Shown here piece by piece: positions 37,862-48,271 of a stretch of 64,000 bases of DNA; positions within the stretch are counted from its first letter, which is position 1; every line of letters begins with the position of its first letter. Origin of the DNA: Candidatus Marinacidobacterium sp. GTDB lineage: Bacteria; Acidobacteriota; Vicinamibacteria; Marinacidobacterales; Marinacidobacteraceae. The position numbers were made by a program, and so were the translations under genes. Below the pieces are notes generated by a model that worked only from the letters and a program-made list of their open reading frames with translations, was not told where the DNA came from and did not search any database. The stretch is taken from the NCBI GenBank assembly GCA_965220965.1, contig CBDCRI010000001.1, forward strand, positions 299,303 through 363,302, in the 5' to 3' direction.

Positions 37862-38377
37862 ATGAACCGAGACGCAACTGACCTCCTGCCCGCCTGGGCG
37901 GTCGAGTACCCGCACCGCGGCGACCCCGTGGCCTACCGGATCGAAAGCCTGGAGAGGCTCGAGGCGCTCGCTCAGGAGGCGGTCGGCAACGGCAAGCATC
38001 TGCATCAGACGACCACGTTCGCCGAGGCGCTGGGGATTTTCGGGGACCTGGACGACATGCGCGAGGCCGGCGGCGCCTGGGCTCGGCTGGCCGACGAGCG
38101 CGCCGGCGTCGTGGTGCAGTCGCCGGGCGAGGACGAGTGGCTCGCGGCGATGCCCCAGCGCAGCTGGCGCGACCGCTACGAGGAGGCCGTCGATGCGCTC
38201 AGGAACGACCTGAGCCACCTCAAGCTGGTGCCGGAGTCCAGGCTCGACGCCGCGCTCGCGGACCCCGCGGAGTGGGAGGGCCGTTGGGGCCAGTGCGGCG
38301 GGCCGGCCGGCCAGCGGGCGCTGGCGGCCGAGACGGACGGCTGGCCGCGGACGCGGGCGCCCTCCCCCGCCCCGTGA
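37862..38377 (+). CDS. Hypothetical protein
   Basis: 171 aa, GGAG RBS, ends RTRAPSPAP. Confidence 0.65.
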   Translation: MNRDATDLLPAWAVEYPHRGDPVAYRIESLERLEALAQEAVGNGKHLHQTTTFAEALGIFGDLDDMREAGGAWARLADERAGVVVQSPGEDEWLAAMPQRSWRDRYEEAVDALRNDLSHLKLVPESRLDAALADPAEWEGRWGQCGGPAGQRALAAETDGWPRTRAPSPAP

Positions 38378-38594
38378 CGGGCCGCCGGCGCCGACGTCCC
38401 AGCGCCTGACCTCGCCGGGGGCCGCCGGACGGGGCGCGGCCGCCATCGCCCTCTCCGGATCCATCGCCCGCATCGCCGCCATGGCCCCTTCCCCCGCCGA
38501 AGCCCGCGGGCGCCCGCCTTCGCCCCCGCCGCGGCGCCCGCCCCGCGGGACGGCCCCGGCCCGCCGGAAGGCGCCCTGAGCCGGCCGGAGCGGT

Positions 38595-38674
38595 CAATCG
38601 AATCAAAAAGACGGCGTTTTTGATTCGATTAGGGGGCTTAATCGCATCAAAAAACGCTATTATTTGATTCGATT
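38595..38674. promoter_or_regulatory. Two tandem inverted repeats upstream of the Fic gene (candidate operators)
   Basis: AATCGAATCAAAA...TTTTGATTCGATT and TAATCGCATCAAA...TTTGATTCGATTA. Confidence 0.65.
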
Positions 38675-38692
38675 AGCGGGAGAACGTCGATC

Positions 38693-39925
38693 ATGTGGAT
38701 GTGGGAGAGGCCGGACTGGCCGGAATTCAGGTTCGAGGAGGGTCGCTTGGCGGACGCCATGAGGCGCTTCGCGGAGGCGGACGCGGGTCTCGTCGGCCGC
38801 TCGGAGGGCTTCGGGGACGAGTGGCGCCGGGAGCTGGCCGTCGAGCTGATGTTCGCCGAGGCGCTGGCGTCGCACGCCATCGAGGGCGAGGCGCTTGACA
38901 GCGAGTCGGTGCGCTCGTCGCTGCTGCTGGCCCTGGGGGGGCTGTCGGAGAGCCCGCGCCGGGACCCCCGGATCGCCGAGGGCGGCGCCGTCGCCCTGAT
39001 CCTGGACGCGCGGCGCCATTGGGACCAGCCCCTGACCAAGCAACGGCTGTGCGCCTGGCAGTCGATGGCGCTCGCCGGCCGGGCGAAGCCCACTCTGGAG
39101 GTCGGCGACTACCGGAGCGGCCCGGAGAAGATGGGCATCGTCAGCGGCAACGGCAGCCTGCACGGGTTCAAGCCCATGCGCGTGCACTACGAGGCGCCGC
39201 CCTCCGACCGCGTGCCCGCCGAGATGGCCCGCTTCCTTGAGTGGTTCAACGCCTCGCGCGGGCGCATCAACGGCCTGGCGCGCACGGCGGTGGCCCACCT
39301 CTGGTTCGAGAAGATCCACCCGTTCGACGACGGCAACGGCCGCGTCGGGCGGGCGCTGGCGGACCTGGCGGCCTCGCAGGCGCTCGGGCGCCCGACGCTG
39401 TCGTGCCTGGCCACGGCCATCAACCAGGACCGCGACCCCTACTACCGCGCCCTGGAGCAGGCCGGCCGGGACGGCATGGACGTCAACCCCTTCCTCGACT
39501 ACTTCGCGGGCGTGGCGCTGCGCGCCCAGGAGATCGCCCTTCGGGAGGTGCGCTTCGTGCTCGGCAAGGCGCGCTTCTTCAGCCGCTTCGACGCCCGGCT
39601 CAACGCCCGGCAGCGCAAGGCGGCGCTGCGCGTCTTCGCCGAGGGCTCCAAGGGCTTCGCCGGCGGCCTGTCGCGCAACAACTACCAAGCCATCACCAAG
39701 GCCTCCAGCGCCACCGCCACCCGCGACCTCGCCGACCTGGTGCGCATCGGCGCCATGACATCGGCCGGCGAGGGCCGCAGCGTGCGCTACGCGCTGGCGA
39801 CCGACCCGCCCCAGCACCTGCTGCTGGAGGCGCTCGCGGACGGCGCGCCCGCCGGCGCCGCCCCCGAGGCCGAAGCGCACGGCCAGCCGCGGCGCCGGTC
39901 GAGGAGCGCCTCCCCAGGCCCCTGA
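38693..39925 (+). CDS. Fic family protein (DUF4172 N-terminus, C-terminal HTH)
   Basis: MWMWERPDWPEF, SHAIEGE inhibitory motif, HPFDDGNGRVGR catalytic motif and SSATATRDL HTH. Confidence 0.92.
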   Translation: MWMWERPDWPEFRFEEGRLADAMRRFAEADAGLVGRSEGFGDEWRRELAVELMFAEALASHAIEGEALDSESVRSSLLLALGGLSESPRRDPRIAEGGAVALILDARRHWDQPLTKQRLCAWQSMALAGRAKPTLEVGDYRSGPEKMGIVSGNGSLHGFKPMRVHYEAPPSDRVPAEMARFLEWFNASRGRINGLARTAVAHLWFEKIHPFDDGNGRVGRALADLAASQALGRPTLSCLATAINQDRDPYYRALEQAGRDGMDVNPFLDYFAGVALRAQEIALREVRFVLGKARFFSRFDARLNARQRKAALRVFAEGSKGFAGGLSRNNYQAITKASSATATRDLADLVRIGAMTSAGEGRSVRYALATDPPQHLLLEALADGAPAGAAPEAEAHGQPRRRSRSASPGP

Positions 39926-40126
39926 CCGGCCGGCCGGCCCCCCTCGGGGGGCGCCCAACGCCGCGCCGGCGCGGGAAAGCGGCGGCATCCGGCGCAAGGG
40001 GCTCCCCGCCCGCCCTCGAACTGGGCCGGCTGCCGGCGGGGGCATGCCCGTCGGGGCCGGCCAAGGGCCCGGTTGCTAGAATCCGTGCCCGCGGCCCGCC
40101 CTGGGCCGCCCGGAGAAGGGGGGAGC

Positions 40127-41041
40127 ATGGCGCAGCGCACCGTCAGATTGCGGCCGGATGCGGCCCGCGAGGCCATCCTCGCCCGGACCTGCCCGCCGAA
40201 CGCCGTCGTGGCCGGCGACCTGTTCCTCACCGGGGAGCCGTGGCTGACCCGGCTGCCCGAGGGCCTCAGGGTCGAGGGCCGGCTGGGGATCAGCGGCTGC
40301 CACCGCCTCGCGGGGCCCATCATCGGGCTGTCGGCGGACTCGCTGGAGATCTCCGACTGCGCCGCCCTGGTGGGCTTGATCGAGGACTCCGCGCAGGGCC
40401 TCCTCGTGCCCGGGGACCTGGTCCTGCAGGACTGCCCCGTGCTGGACCTCTTTCCCGAGGTGGCCGCCATTCGGGGCGACCTCCATGTCAGCAACTGCGG
40501 TCTGGGCTGGATGCAAATGGGCCATGGGGAGCCTTGGAAGCTCGCCGTCGGCGGCTCCGCGACGATCGAGGGGTGCGTCGGCCTCAAAAGCCTGCCGCTG
40601 CAAATGGCCGTCGGCGGCGACCTGCACATCCTGGACTGCCCGCAGCTCGGCCGCAGCAGCTGGAGGCCGTCGCCGGACGTGTCCGTCGGCGCGGCCTGCC
40701 GCATCCAGCGCTGCCACGCCCTCCGGCGATTGCCGTCCATCGCGTTCCGGGGGGAGGGCCACCTGCGCATCGCCGAATGCCACAGCCTCTCCGCCGTCTG
40801 GGAGGACGTGCGGCCGCGGGGGTCCCTGCACCTCGATGACTGCCCGCTGCTGTTGCACCTGCCCGACGGGCTCGCCTTGAGCGGCAGCCTCCATGCGACC
40901 GATTGCCCCGCGCTGGAATGGCCGGACGGCCTTGACGTCCAGGGGGAGGTCAGGGCCTTGGGCACCACCCCGCGCCGGGTGCCGCCCTCGGCAGGCCCCG
41001 CCGAAGGGCGCGGCAAGGCGCCGGCCGGCCCGGCCCCCTGA
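40127..41041 (+). CDS. Cys-rich LRR protein, paralogue 1
   Basis: AREAILARTCP N-cap; LPxxLxVxGxLxIxxCxxL repeats; box TTGCTAGAAT at 40073. Confidence 0.85.
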   Translation: MAQRTVRLRPDAAREAILARTCPPNAVVAGDLFLTGEPWLTRLPEGLRVEGRLGISGCHRLAGPIIGLSADSLEISDCAALVGLIEDSAQGLLVPGDLVLQDCPVLDLFPEVAAIRGDLHVSNCGLGWMQMGHGEPWKLAVGGSATIEGCVGLKSLPLQMAVGGDLHILDCPQLGRSSWRPSPDVSVGAACRIQRCHALRRLPSIAFRGEGHLRIAECHSLSAVWEDVRPRGSLHLDDCPLLLHLPDGLALSGSLHATDCPALEWPDGLDVQGEVRALGTTPRRVPPSAGPAEGRGKAPAGPAP

Positions 41042-41132
41042 GGGCCTGCGGCCCGGCGCCGCCCAGCCGGCCCCGCGGTTGCTAGAATCCCGCCGGGCCC
41101 CGCGCAGGGCGGGGCGGCGACGGGAGTGAGGC

Positions 41133-42029
41133 ATGGCGAACGGCACCGTCATCATGGCCCCGGAGGAGGCGAGCGAGGCGATCCTGGCCGGGACCTGCCC
41201 GGCCGGCGCCGTGGTGGCGGGCCACCTGACGCTGCACGGCGAGCCCTGGCTGGCCGAGCTGCCCAAGGGCCTTTCGGTCGAGGGGCGGCTGCGCATCGCC
41301 GGCTGCCACCGCCTCAAGCGGCTGCCCGAAGGGCTGTCGGCCCTCGGCCTGGCCGTCGAGAACTGCTGCCTCCTCGAGGGGTTCGACCACGCGGCCTCGC
41401 TGCGGTTCGAGACGCCCGGCGACCTCTCCTTCAGCAACTGCCCTTCGCTGCGGCTGCTCCCGGTTGAGGCCGCCGCCGGGGGCGACCTGACCATCAAGGA
41501 CTGCCAGCGGGCCTTCGGCCACTCGACGGGAGGGCCCGCGCTTGCGCCGCGGGCGCTCCAGGCGGGCGGCAGCGCGTTCCTCGCGGGCCTCCCCGGCCTG
41601 GTCGAGCTTCGCGGCCGCATCCGCGTCGGCGAGAGCCTGGAGATCGACGGGTGCCCGTTCCTGGCCCAGGTGGGCGGCGGCCCCGAGCGCATCCGCGTCG
41701 GCCGGGGCTGCCGGATCGCCCGCTGCCACGCCCTCAGGACCGTGGCGGGCATCGAGTTCGCAGGGGACCGGGGGGAGCTGGCCATCCGCCACTGCACGGC
41801 GCTGGAGTCCATCGGCGACGACGTCCGCCCCTCGGGCAGCCTGGCGGTCATCGGCTGCCCCTCGCTCCCGCGGCTGCCGAGCGGCCTGGCCCTGGCCGGG
41901 AGCCTGTGGGCCAACAACTGCCCCGCCCTGCGCCTGCCCGACGACCTCGAGGTGCGGGGGAGGGTCTGGCAATGGGGCGTGGACATGCGCCGGGCGGCCG
42001 CCAAGGGCGGCCCCTCGCCCTCCCCCTGA
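41133..42029 (+). CDS. Cys-rich LRR protein, paralogue 2
   Basis: Same N-cap and repeats; box TTGCTAGAAT at 41079. Confidence 0.85.
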   Translation: MANGTVIMAPEEASEAILAGTCPAGAVVAGHLTLHGEPWLAELPKGLSVEGRLRIAGCHRLKRLPEGLSALGLAVENCCLLEGFDHAASLRFETPGDLSFSNCPSLRLLPVEAAAGGDLTIKDCQRAFGHSTGGPALAPRALQAGGSAFLAGLPGLVELRGRIRVGESLEIDGCPFLAQVGGGPERIRVGRGCRIARCHALRTVAGIEFAGDRGELAIRHCTALESIGDDVRPSGSLAVIGCPSLPRLPSGLALAGSLWANNCPALRLPDDLEVRGRVWQWGVDMRRAAAKGGPSPSP

Positions 42030-42101
42030 AGCGCGCCCGGCCACGCGCTCGGCTGCCGGAATCGACGGACCCGCGCGCAACGCGGACCGGAAGGAGCGAA
42101 C

Positions 42102-43025
42102 ATGGCGAAGCGAACCGCCCGGCTGGCGCCGGCGCAGGCCCAAGAGGCCATCCTCAAGGGGGAGTGCCCGCCCGGCGCGGTGGTGGAGGGGGGCTTGGCT
42201 TTCGTCAGCGAGCCGGGGCTGGCCGAGCTGCCCAGGGACCTCACGGTGCTGGGGCCGCTGCAGGTCGACGGCTGCCACCGGCTCAAGCGGCTGCCCAAGG
42301 GGCTGTCGGCGACCGCCCTCAGCGTCCGCGAATGCGCCTCCCTCGAAGGCTTCGAGCCCGCCCCCGGAACGGCGTTCCAAGTGGACGGCGACCTGCTGTT
42401 CAGCAAGTGCCCGTCGCTGGCGCGCTTCCCGGAGGCCCTGGAGGTCGGGCGCGACCTGACCCTCAAGGACTGCCACCAAGCCTGGACCAACCCGATGGGG
42501 CTGCCCCTTTGGGTGCCGGAGCGGGTTCGGGTGGGCCGCGCCGCGGTCCTCGACGGCTGCGTCGGCCTCACCGAGCTGCCGGGCCGCATGGAGGTCGGCC
42601 TGGAGCTGCGGATCATCGGCTCCCCCTTCCTTGCCGAGATCAGGGCGGAGGAGGGTTTCGGGACGCTCACGGTCGGGACCGCCTGCCTCATCAAGCGGTG
42701 CCATGGCCTGCGCCGCGTGGCGAGCCTTTCGTTCGCGGGCGAAGGCGAGCTTGCGGTCATCGACTGCGACGCGCTGGAGGCCATCGGCGACGGCGTCCGG
42801 CCCCAAGGGCGGCTGGCGCTCATGGACTGCCCGTCGCTGGCGCGGCTGCCCAGGCGCCTCGACCTGAAGGGCAGCCTGGTGGCCGACAACTGCCCGTCGC
42901 TGGGGGCGCCGCCGGCGGGGATCCGGGCGCGGGAGGGGCTCTGGCCCTCGGGGACGACGCCGCGCTGGGCGGACGCCCCGGCGGCTGCGGCGCCGGTCGG
43001 ACGCCCCACCCGCCAGGCCCCTTGA
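42102..43025 (+). CDS. Cys-rich LRR protein, paralogue 3
   Basis: Same family; AAGGAG RBS. Confidence 0.85.
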   Translation: MAKRTARLAPAQAQEAILKGECPPGAVVEGGLAFVSEPGLAELPRDLTVLGPLQVDGCHRLKRLPKGLSATALSVRECASLEGFEPAPGTAFQVDGDLLFSKCPSLARFPEALEVGRDLTLKDCHQAWTNPMGLPLWVPERVRVGRAAVLDGCVGLTELPGRMEVGLELRIIGSPFLAEIRAEEGFGTLTVGTACLIKRCHGLRRVASLSFAGEGELAVIDCDALEAIGDGVRPQGRLALMDCPSLARLPRRLDLKGSLVADNCPSLGAPPAGIRAREGLWPSGTTPRWADAPAAAAPVGRPTRQAP

Positions 43026-43126
43026 GCGGGCGCGGGGCGCCGTCCGGCGCCCGGTTGCTAGAATCCCTGCGCCGCCACCGCCCAGGCGACTGGGCCGGCC
43101 GCCCGCAAGCCAGCTGAGGGACGCCC

Positions 43127-44074
43127 ATGACGCAACCCGACCCACACGCCAGCGCCGGCCCATTCCACCCCGATGGCTTCCGGGAGGATGCGGTCCGCAC
43201 TGGCGCCATGATGTCTCCCGAGGAGGCGCACGAAGCGATCCTGAAGGGGACCTGCCCCCCCGGCGTGTCGGTGCATGGCAGCCTGGCCTTCCTCAACGAG
43301 CCCTCGCTGGCCGAGCTGCCCCGCGGCCTCGCGGTCGAGGAAGGCCTCGACATCCTGGGCTGCCACCGGCTCAGGCGCCTGCCGGCCGGCCTTTCGGCCC
43401 GTTCGGTCTCGGTCAGCCACTGCGACGCCTTCGAGGGGTTCGACGTCCACGCCTTCGACCGCTTCTTCGTGCCGGGCCACCTCGTGCTGCTCGACTGCCC
43501 CTCCCTGACCGCCTGGCCGCGGGAGCTTTACGTCGGGGGCCAGCTGCGGGTCGCGAGATGCCAGTGGGCCTGGGACAGGCCCGCGCTGCCAAGGGGGGCG
43601 GGGGCGCCGTTCAGGCTGTCGGTGGGCGGCCAAGCCGATCTCGAGGAATGCGCGGGCCTGCGCGAGCTGCCCCGGGAGGTCGAGGTGGGAACCTCGTTGA
43701 CGCTCTCCCGGTGCCCGCGGATGACGGCCCTGCCCGGGGCTCGCGGCGGGCGCCTCGTCGTGGGGGACCTCTGCGTCGTCGAGCGCTGCCACGGCCTGCG
43801 GGAGCTGTCGCGCGTCAGCTTCCGCGGGGAGGGCAAGCTGCGGGTGCGCGACTGCGCCGCGCTGGAGGTCGTCGGCGACGGGGCGAGGCCGGGCGCGACC
43901 CTGGCGCTGGCCGACTGCCCGTCGCTGTCGCGGCTGCCGAGCCCCCTGCCCCCGTCCTGCCGCCTGGCGGTCCGCAACTGCCCCAAGCTTCAGGCGGACG
44001 GCGAAGCCAAGGCGGCGCAAGGCCATGCCCGCCAGGCCGGCGCTGGGCCCCGCGCCCCGTCGCCCGCGCCATGA
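43127..44074 (+). CDS. Cys-rich LRR protein, paralogue 4
   Basis: Same family; box TTGCTAGAAT at 43055; the true start may be slightly downstream. Confidence 0.85.
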   Translation: MTQPDPHASAGPFHPDGFREDAVRTGAMMSPEEAHEAILKGTCPPGVSVHGSLAFLNEPSLAELPRGLAVEEGLDILGCHRLRRLPAGLSARSVSVSHCDAFEGFDVHAFDRFFVPGHLVLLDCPSLTAWPRELYVGGQLRVARCQWAWDRPALPRGAGAPFRLSVGGQADLEECAGLRELPREVEVGTSLTLSRCPRMTALPGARGGRLVVGDLCVVERCHGLRELSRVSFRGEGKLRVRDCAALEVVGDGARPGATLALADCPSLSRLPSPLPPSCRLAVRNCPKLQADGEAKAAQGHARQAGAGPRAPSPAP

Positions 44075-44201
44075 CGCGCCGCCCCGCCGGCCCGCGCAAG
44101 CCACTCGCCAAGCCCGTCCGGCCCCGCCCCTTCGGCTGCGCTGCGGGCGCTGCCGCCGCCATCGCGCCGCGCCCGAGGGCCGGACGCGCCAGGGGGGCGG
44201 C

Positions 44202-45134
44202 ATGGCGCAGCCAACCCTCCGAATGACCCCAACGGAGGCCCGCAGGGCCATCCTCGACGGCACCTGCCCGCCGGGCGCGACCGTCGAGGGCTCCCTGAGG
44301 ATCGAGCGGGAGCCGGGGCTGACGCGGCTGCCCGACGGGCTCTCGGTGCACGGCGGGCTGCGCATCGTCGGCTGCCACCGCCTGCGGCGGCCGATCTCCG
44401 GGCTGTCCGCGCAGTCGATCGAGGTCAGGTCGTGCAGCGCCTTCGAGGGCTTCGACGGCGGCAGGGACGGGGCGCTGCGCGTGCCAGGGCGCTTCGACCT
44501 GTTCGACTGCCCCTCCCTTGCCCGCCTCCCGCGGGCGCTTCACGTCGAGTTCGGGCTGTGGATCGAGCGCTGCCCATGGGGGTGGGCGAGCGCGCCCGGT
44601 TGGCTCCCGCGGGCGCCGCAGCGGCTCGAGGTGGTCGGGCCGGCCCTCTTCGCGGACTGCCCCGGCCTTGCCAGGCTGCCGAAGGCGATGGAGGTCGGCG
44701 GGGGCTTGACGGTGCGGCGATGCCCGCACCTTCGGGCCGTGGGGGGGCTGGACGCCGACGTGCGCCTGCGCATCCGGGGCGACTGCGTCATAGAGCAGTG
44801 CCATGGCCTGCGGGAGGTGGATTTCGTCGACTTCTGGCCGGGCGGCGACCTGCGCGTCACCGACTGCGCGGCGCTGGAGCGGATCGGCGACGAAGCGCGG
44901 CCGCAGCGCTGCCTCGTCGTCCGCGAGTGCCCGTCGCTGTCTCGGCTGCCCAGGCGCCTGTTCCTCGACGGCGACCTGGTGGCCCACGACTGCCCCTCGC
45001 TGAAGGAGAGGCCGCAGATCACCGTGCTGGGCGACATCCTCCCAACCGGCGCGACGCCCCGCTGGGAGGCCCCGCCGACGGCCGCCGAAGCGGCGCGCGG
45101 GCCAAGGCGCCGCGCCCCTTCGCCCGGAGCCTGA
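44202..45134 (+). CDS. Cys-rich LRR protein, paralogue 5
   Basis: MAQPTLRMTPTEARRAILDGTCP. Confidence 0.85.
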   Translation: MAQPTLRMTPTEARRAILDGTCPPGATVEGSLRIEREPGLTRLPDGLSVHGGLRIVGCHRLRRPISGLSAQSIEVRSCSAFEGFDGGRDGALRVPGRFDLFDCPSLARLPRALHVEFGLWIERCPWGWASAPGWLPRAPQRLEVVGPALFADCPGLARLPKAMEVGGGLTVRRCPHLRAVGGLDADVRLRIRGDCVIEQCHGLREVDFVDFWPGGDLRVTDCAALERIGDEARPQRCLVVRECPSLSRLPRRLFLDGDLVAHDCPSLKERPQITVLGDILPTGATPRWEAPPTAAEAARGPRRRAPSPGA

Positions 45135-45262
45135 GGCGCCGCCCGCCGAGCCGGCGGGCCATCCCGCGAAGCCGCGCGCAACGCCGCCCGCTCGGCCCCA
45201 CCGCGGGCGCGGTTGCTAAAATCCCGCAACGCTCAAACGCCAGTCCGAAAAAGGGGGAAGGC

Positions 45263-46192
45263 ATGGCGCAGTCACGCATCCGAATGGGGCCGACGGCCGC
45301 CCGCAAGGCCATCCTCGACGGCACCTGGCCGCCGGGCGCCGTGGTCGAGGGCGACCTGCGCCTCGATCGGGAGCCGGGACTGGCGGAGCTGCCCGACGGG
45401 CTGGCGGTGGAGGGCGAGCTGCGCATCGACCGCTGCCACCGGCTGGCGCGGCTGCCGAAGCGGCTGGCCGCCCAGGGGGTCCGCATCACGACCTGCGACG
45501 CCTTCCAAGGGCTCGGCCCCGGCGAGGCCGCCTTCTGCGTGCCCGGCGACCTCAACCTGATTGACTGCCCGGCCCTGGCCCACTTCCCAGGGGAGCTGGT
45601 CGTGGGGGGCGACCTGCGCATGGGGGAGTGCCCAAGGGCCTGGTCGGACCCGAGCCGGTCGGGCCAGGGCGCTCCGGAGCGGCTCATCGTGGGCGGGTCG
45701 GTGGCGATCGAGGAGTGCGCCGGCCTCGCCGGGCTGCCCCACGAGATCGACGTCGGCGGGGACCTGAACGTCGCGCGCTGCCCGAAACTGGTCGCGGTCG
45801 GCGGCGGGCCCGGCGCCCGGATCGCCGTCGGCGAGGGGCGCATGGTCCACATCGAGCGCTGCAACGGCCTGTGGCTCGTAGCGTCCATCGAGTGGCGCGG
45901 CGGCGGCACTCTGCGGATCACGGACTGCGCCGCGCTGGAGCGCATCGCCGACGGCGTGCTCCCGCAGTGGAGCCTGACGGTCCACAACTGCCACTCGCTG
46001 ACGCGGCTGCCGAGCCGCCTTGTCCTTGACGGCGACCTGGTGGCCCACGACTGCCCCTCGCTGAGGACCGTGCACCCCCCGGACGTGAACGGCAACATCA
46101 TGCCTACCGGCACCACGCCCCGCTGGGAGGTGCTGCCGACGCCCGCGGAGGCGCCCTATTCGCGGCGCCGCGGCCCGTCGCCTTCTCCCTGA
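45263..46192 (+). CDS. Cys-rich LRR protein, paralogue 6
   Basis: MAQSRIRMGPTAARKAILDG; box TTGCTAAAAT at 45213. Confidence 0.85.
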   Translation: MAQSRIRMGPTAARKAILDGTWPPGAVVEGDLRLDREPGLAELPDGLAVEGELRIDRCHRLARLPKRLAAQGVRITTCDAFQGLGPGEAAFCVPGDLNLIDCPALAHFPGELVVGGDLRMGECPRAWSDPSRSGQGAPERLIVGGSVAIEECAGLAGLPHEIDVGGDLNVARCPKLVAVGGGPGARIAVGEGRMVHIERCNGLWLVASIEWRGGGTLRITDCAALERIADGVLPQWSLTVHNCHSLTRLPSRLVLDGDLVAHDCPSLRTVHPPDVNGNIMPTGTTPRWEVLPTPAEAPYSRRRGPSPSP

Positions 46193-46226
46193 CCCGCCGC
46201 CCGCAAGGCCGCCCCGGGGAGGCAGC

Positions 46227-47147
46227 ATGGCCAAGGGAGCCATTCGAATGACCGGCGAGGAGGCGCGCGAGGCCATCCTCAAGGGGGAGTGCCCGCCCGG
46301 CACGACCGTCCGGGGCAGCCTGGCCTTCCGCCGGGAGCCGTGGCTCACCCAGCTGCCCCGAGGCCTGACCGTGGAGGGAACCCTGTCCATCGTCGAGTGC
46401 CACCAGATGCACTCGCTGCCGAGCAACCTAGCGGCGGAGGGGCTCACGATCTCCAACTGCGCCCAGATGCAAAGCCTGGGACGCGTCAACCGACCGCCCC
46501 TGCACCTCCCGGAGGGCCTGCTTCTGCAGGGCTGCCCCGCCTTGGCCGAGCTTCCCGACGACGTCGCCGTCGGGGGCGACCTGCACATCCAGGACTGCCC
46601 GTGGCTCTGGCCGGGGCCGCGCGTCGGGCGACCGCGCTCCGTGCATCTCATCGGGCCGCGGCGGCTGTCGGTGGAGGGATCCGCGACGCTGCGCGAGTGC
46701 GCGGGCCTCTACAGCCTGCCGGACCGCATGGCGGTGGGCGGCGCGCTGACGATAGCCGACTGCCCTGGGCTCTCCGGCATCGGCGGCCCGGACGGCGAGG
46801 CCGGCCTCGCCGTCGGCGGCGCCTGCCTCATCGAGCGCTGCCACGGCCTGCACGAGGTGAGCGGCATCGCCTTCGGAGGCGGCGGCCTGCTGCGCGTCGA
46901 CGACTTCAGCGGGCTGGAGGCGCTCGGCGACGGCGTGCGCCCGCCGCGCCGCCTGGAGGTGCGCGGCTGCCCGTCGCTGGTCCGGCTGCCGCGCCGCCTC
47001 GCGCTCGAGGGCGCCTTGGTGGCACACGACTGCCCGTTGCTCGAGGCCCCCGACGGGGCCGTCGCGCGCGGCGGCGTCCGGGCAACCGGCAGCACCCCGC
47101 GCTGGGAGGCCGCGCCCGATCGGCGCGCGCCCTCCCCCTCGCCCTGA
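46227..47147 (+). CDS. Cys-rich LRR protein, paralogue 7
   Basis: MAKGAIRMTGEEAREAILKGECP. Confidence 0.85.
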   Translation: MAKGAIRMTGEEAREAILKGECPPGTTVRGSLAFRREPWLTQLPRGLTVEGTLSIVECHQMHSLPSNLAAEGLTISNCAQMQSLGRVNRPPLHLPEGLLLQGCPALAELPDDVAVGGDLHIQDCPWLWPGPRVGRPRSVHLIGPRRLSVEGSATLRECAGLYSLPDRMAVGGALTIADCPGLSGIGGPDGEAGLAVGGACLIERCHGLHEVSGIAFGGGGLLRVDDFSGLEALGDGVRPPRRLEVRGCPSLVRLPRRLALEGALVAHDCPLLEAPDGAVARGGVRATGSTPRWEAAPDRRAPSPSP

Positions 47148-47159
47148 GAGCGCACGGGG

Positions 47160-48209
47160 ATGCTGGGCGTGGACCTGTTCGCCGGCGCCGGGGGGCTGTC
47201 CGCGGGCGCCCGGGCGGCGGGCGTGCGCATCGCCGTCGCGGTCGAGTCGGACCCGCGCGCCGCCGACGCCTACCGCCTCAACCACCCCGAGGCGGACCTG
47301 CGGGTCATGGACGTCAGGCGGCTGCCCGACCCGGCGCCCATTGCCACCTCCCAGCCCACGGTCCTGCTCGGCGGGCCGCCGTGCCAGGCGTTCTCCTCCT
47401 CCAACCAGAGGTCCCGAAGCCTGGGCAATCCGGCGAACCGCCTCTACGTAGAGATGCTGCGCGTGGCGCGGGCCATGCGGCCAACCCACGTCGTCATCGA
47501 GAACGTCCGGGGGTTCGTCGAGGCCCAAGGCGGGCTGTTCCTCAGCGACGCCCTGAAGCGGCTTCGCGAGCTCGGCTACCACGTCGCCCACGGCATGCTC
47601 GACGCCGCCGACTTCGGCGTGCCGCAGCACCGGCGGCGCCTGTTCATCGTCGGCTCCCGGGGACGCCCGCCGAGGCTGCCCCGGCCCGTCGGCGGGCCGC
47701 GGACGACGGTGGCCGACGCGCTGCTCGACCTGCCCGTGCTGGAAAACGGCGCCGCCCTGCCCCTGGCCCGCTACCGGCGGGCGCCCCACTCCGCCTACGC
47801 CCGGCGCCTGCGCGGGGACGGCGCCGCGTGCACCGGCCATCTCGTCACCCGCAACGCGCCCCACATCGTGGAGCGGTACCGGCACGTGCCGCCGGGCGGC
47901 AACTGGCGGGCGATCCCGGCCCGGCTCATGGCGGGCTACGCGGACCGCACGCGCTGCCACGAGGGCCTCTACCGCCGGCTGCGCTGGGACGCGCCCTCGG
48001 TGGTGCTCAACAACTTCAGGAAGAACATGCTGATCCACCCCTGGGCGCAGCGCGGCCTGTCGGTGCGCGAGGCGGCGCGGCTGCAGTCGTTTCCCGACGC
48101 CCACGCCTTCGCCGGGAGCATCGGCTTCCAGCAGCAGCAGGTGGCCGACGCCGTGCCGCCGCTCATGGCGCGGGCGGTGCTGGAGAGCGTCCTGCAGGGC
48201 GCGGGCTAG
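47160..48209 (+). CDS. C5 DNA cytosine methyltransferase, no adjacent restriction endonuclease seen
   Basis: DLFAGAGG, GGPPCQAFS, IENV, PQHRRRLFIVG and REAARLQSFPD. Confidence 0.93.
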   Translation: MLGVDLFAGAGGLSAGARAAGVRIAVAVESDPRAADAYRLNHPEADLRVMDVRRLPDPAPIATSQPTVLLGGPPCQAFSSSNQRSRSLGNPANRLYVEMLRVARAMRPTHVVIENVRGFVEAQGGLFLSDALKRLRELGYHVAHGMLDAADFGVPQHRRRLFIVGSRGRPPRLPRPVGGPRTTVADALLDLPVLENGAALPLARYRRAPHSAYARRLRGDGAACTGHLVTRNAPHIVERYRHVPPGGNWRAIPARLMAGYADRTRCHEGLYRRLRWDAPSVVLNNFRKNMLIHPWAQRGLSVREAARLQSFPDAHAFAGSIGFQQQQVADAVPPLMARAVLESVLQGAG

Positions 48210-48271
48210 GGGCCGTCGGCGGAGGGCTTGGTTCAACGGCCGCAGCGCCGGCTGCCGGCAGGAGGGCGAAA

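Noticed and set aside
40060-40082. TTGCT boxes read as sigma54 -12 elements
   Set aside because: No GG at the -24 spacing in the copy checked; an extended -10 fits better.
47160-48209. A complete type II restriction-modification system
   Set aside because: Both neighbours are LRR genes; no endonuclease or vsr gene recognised.
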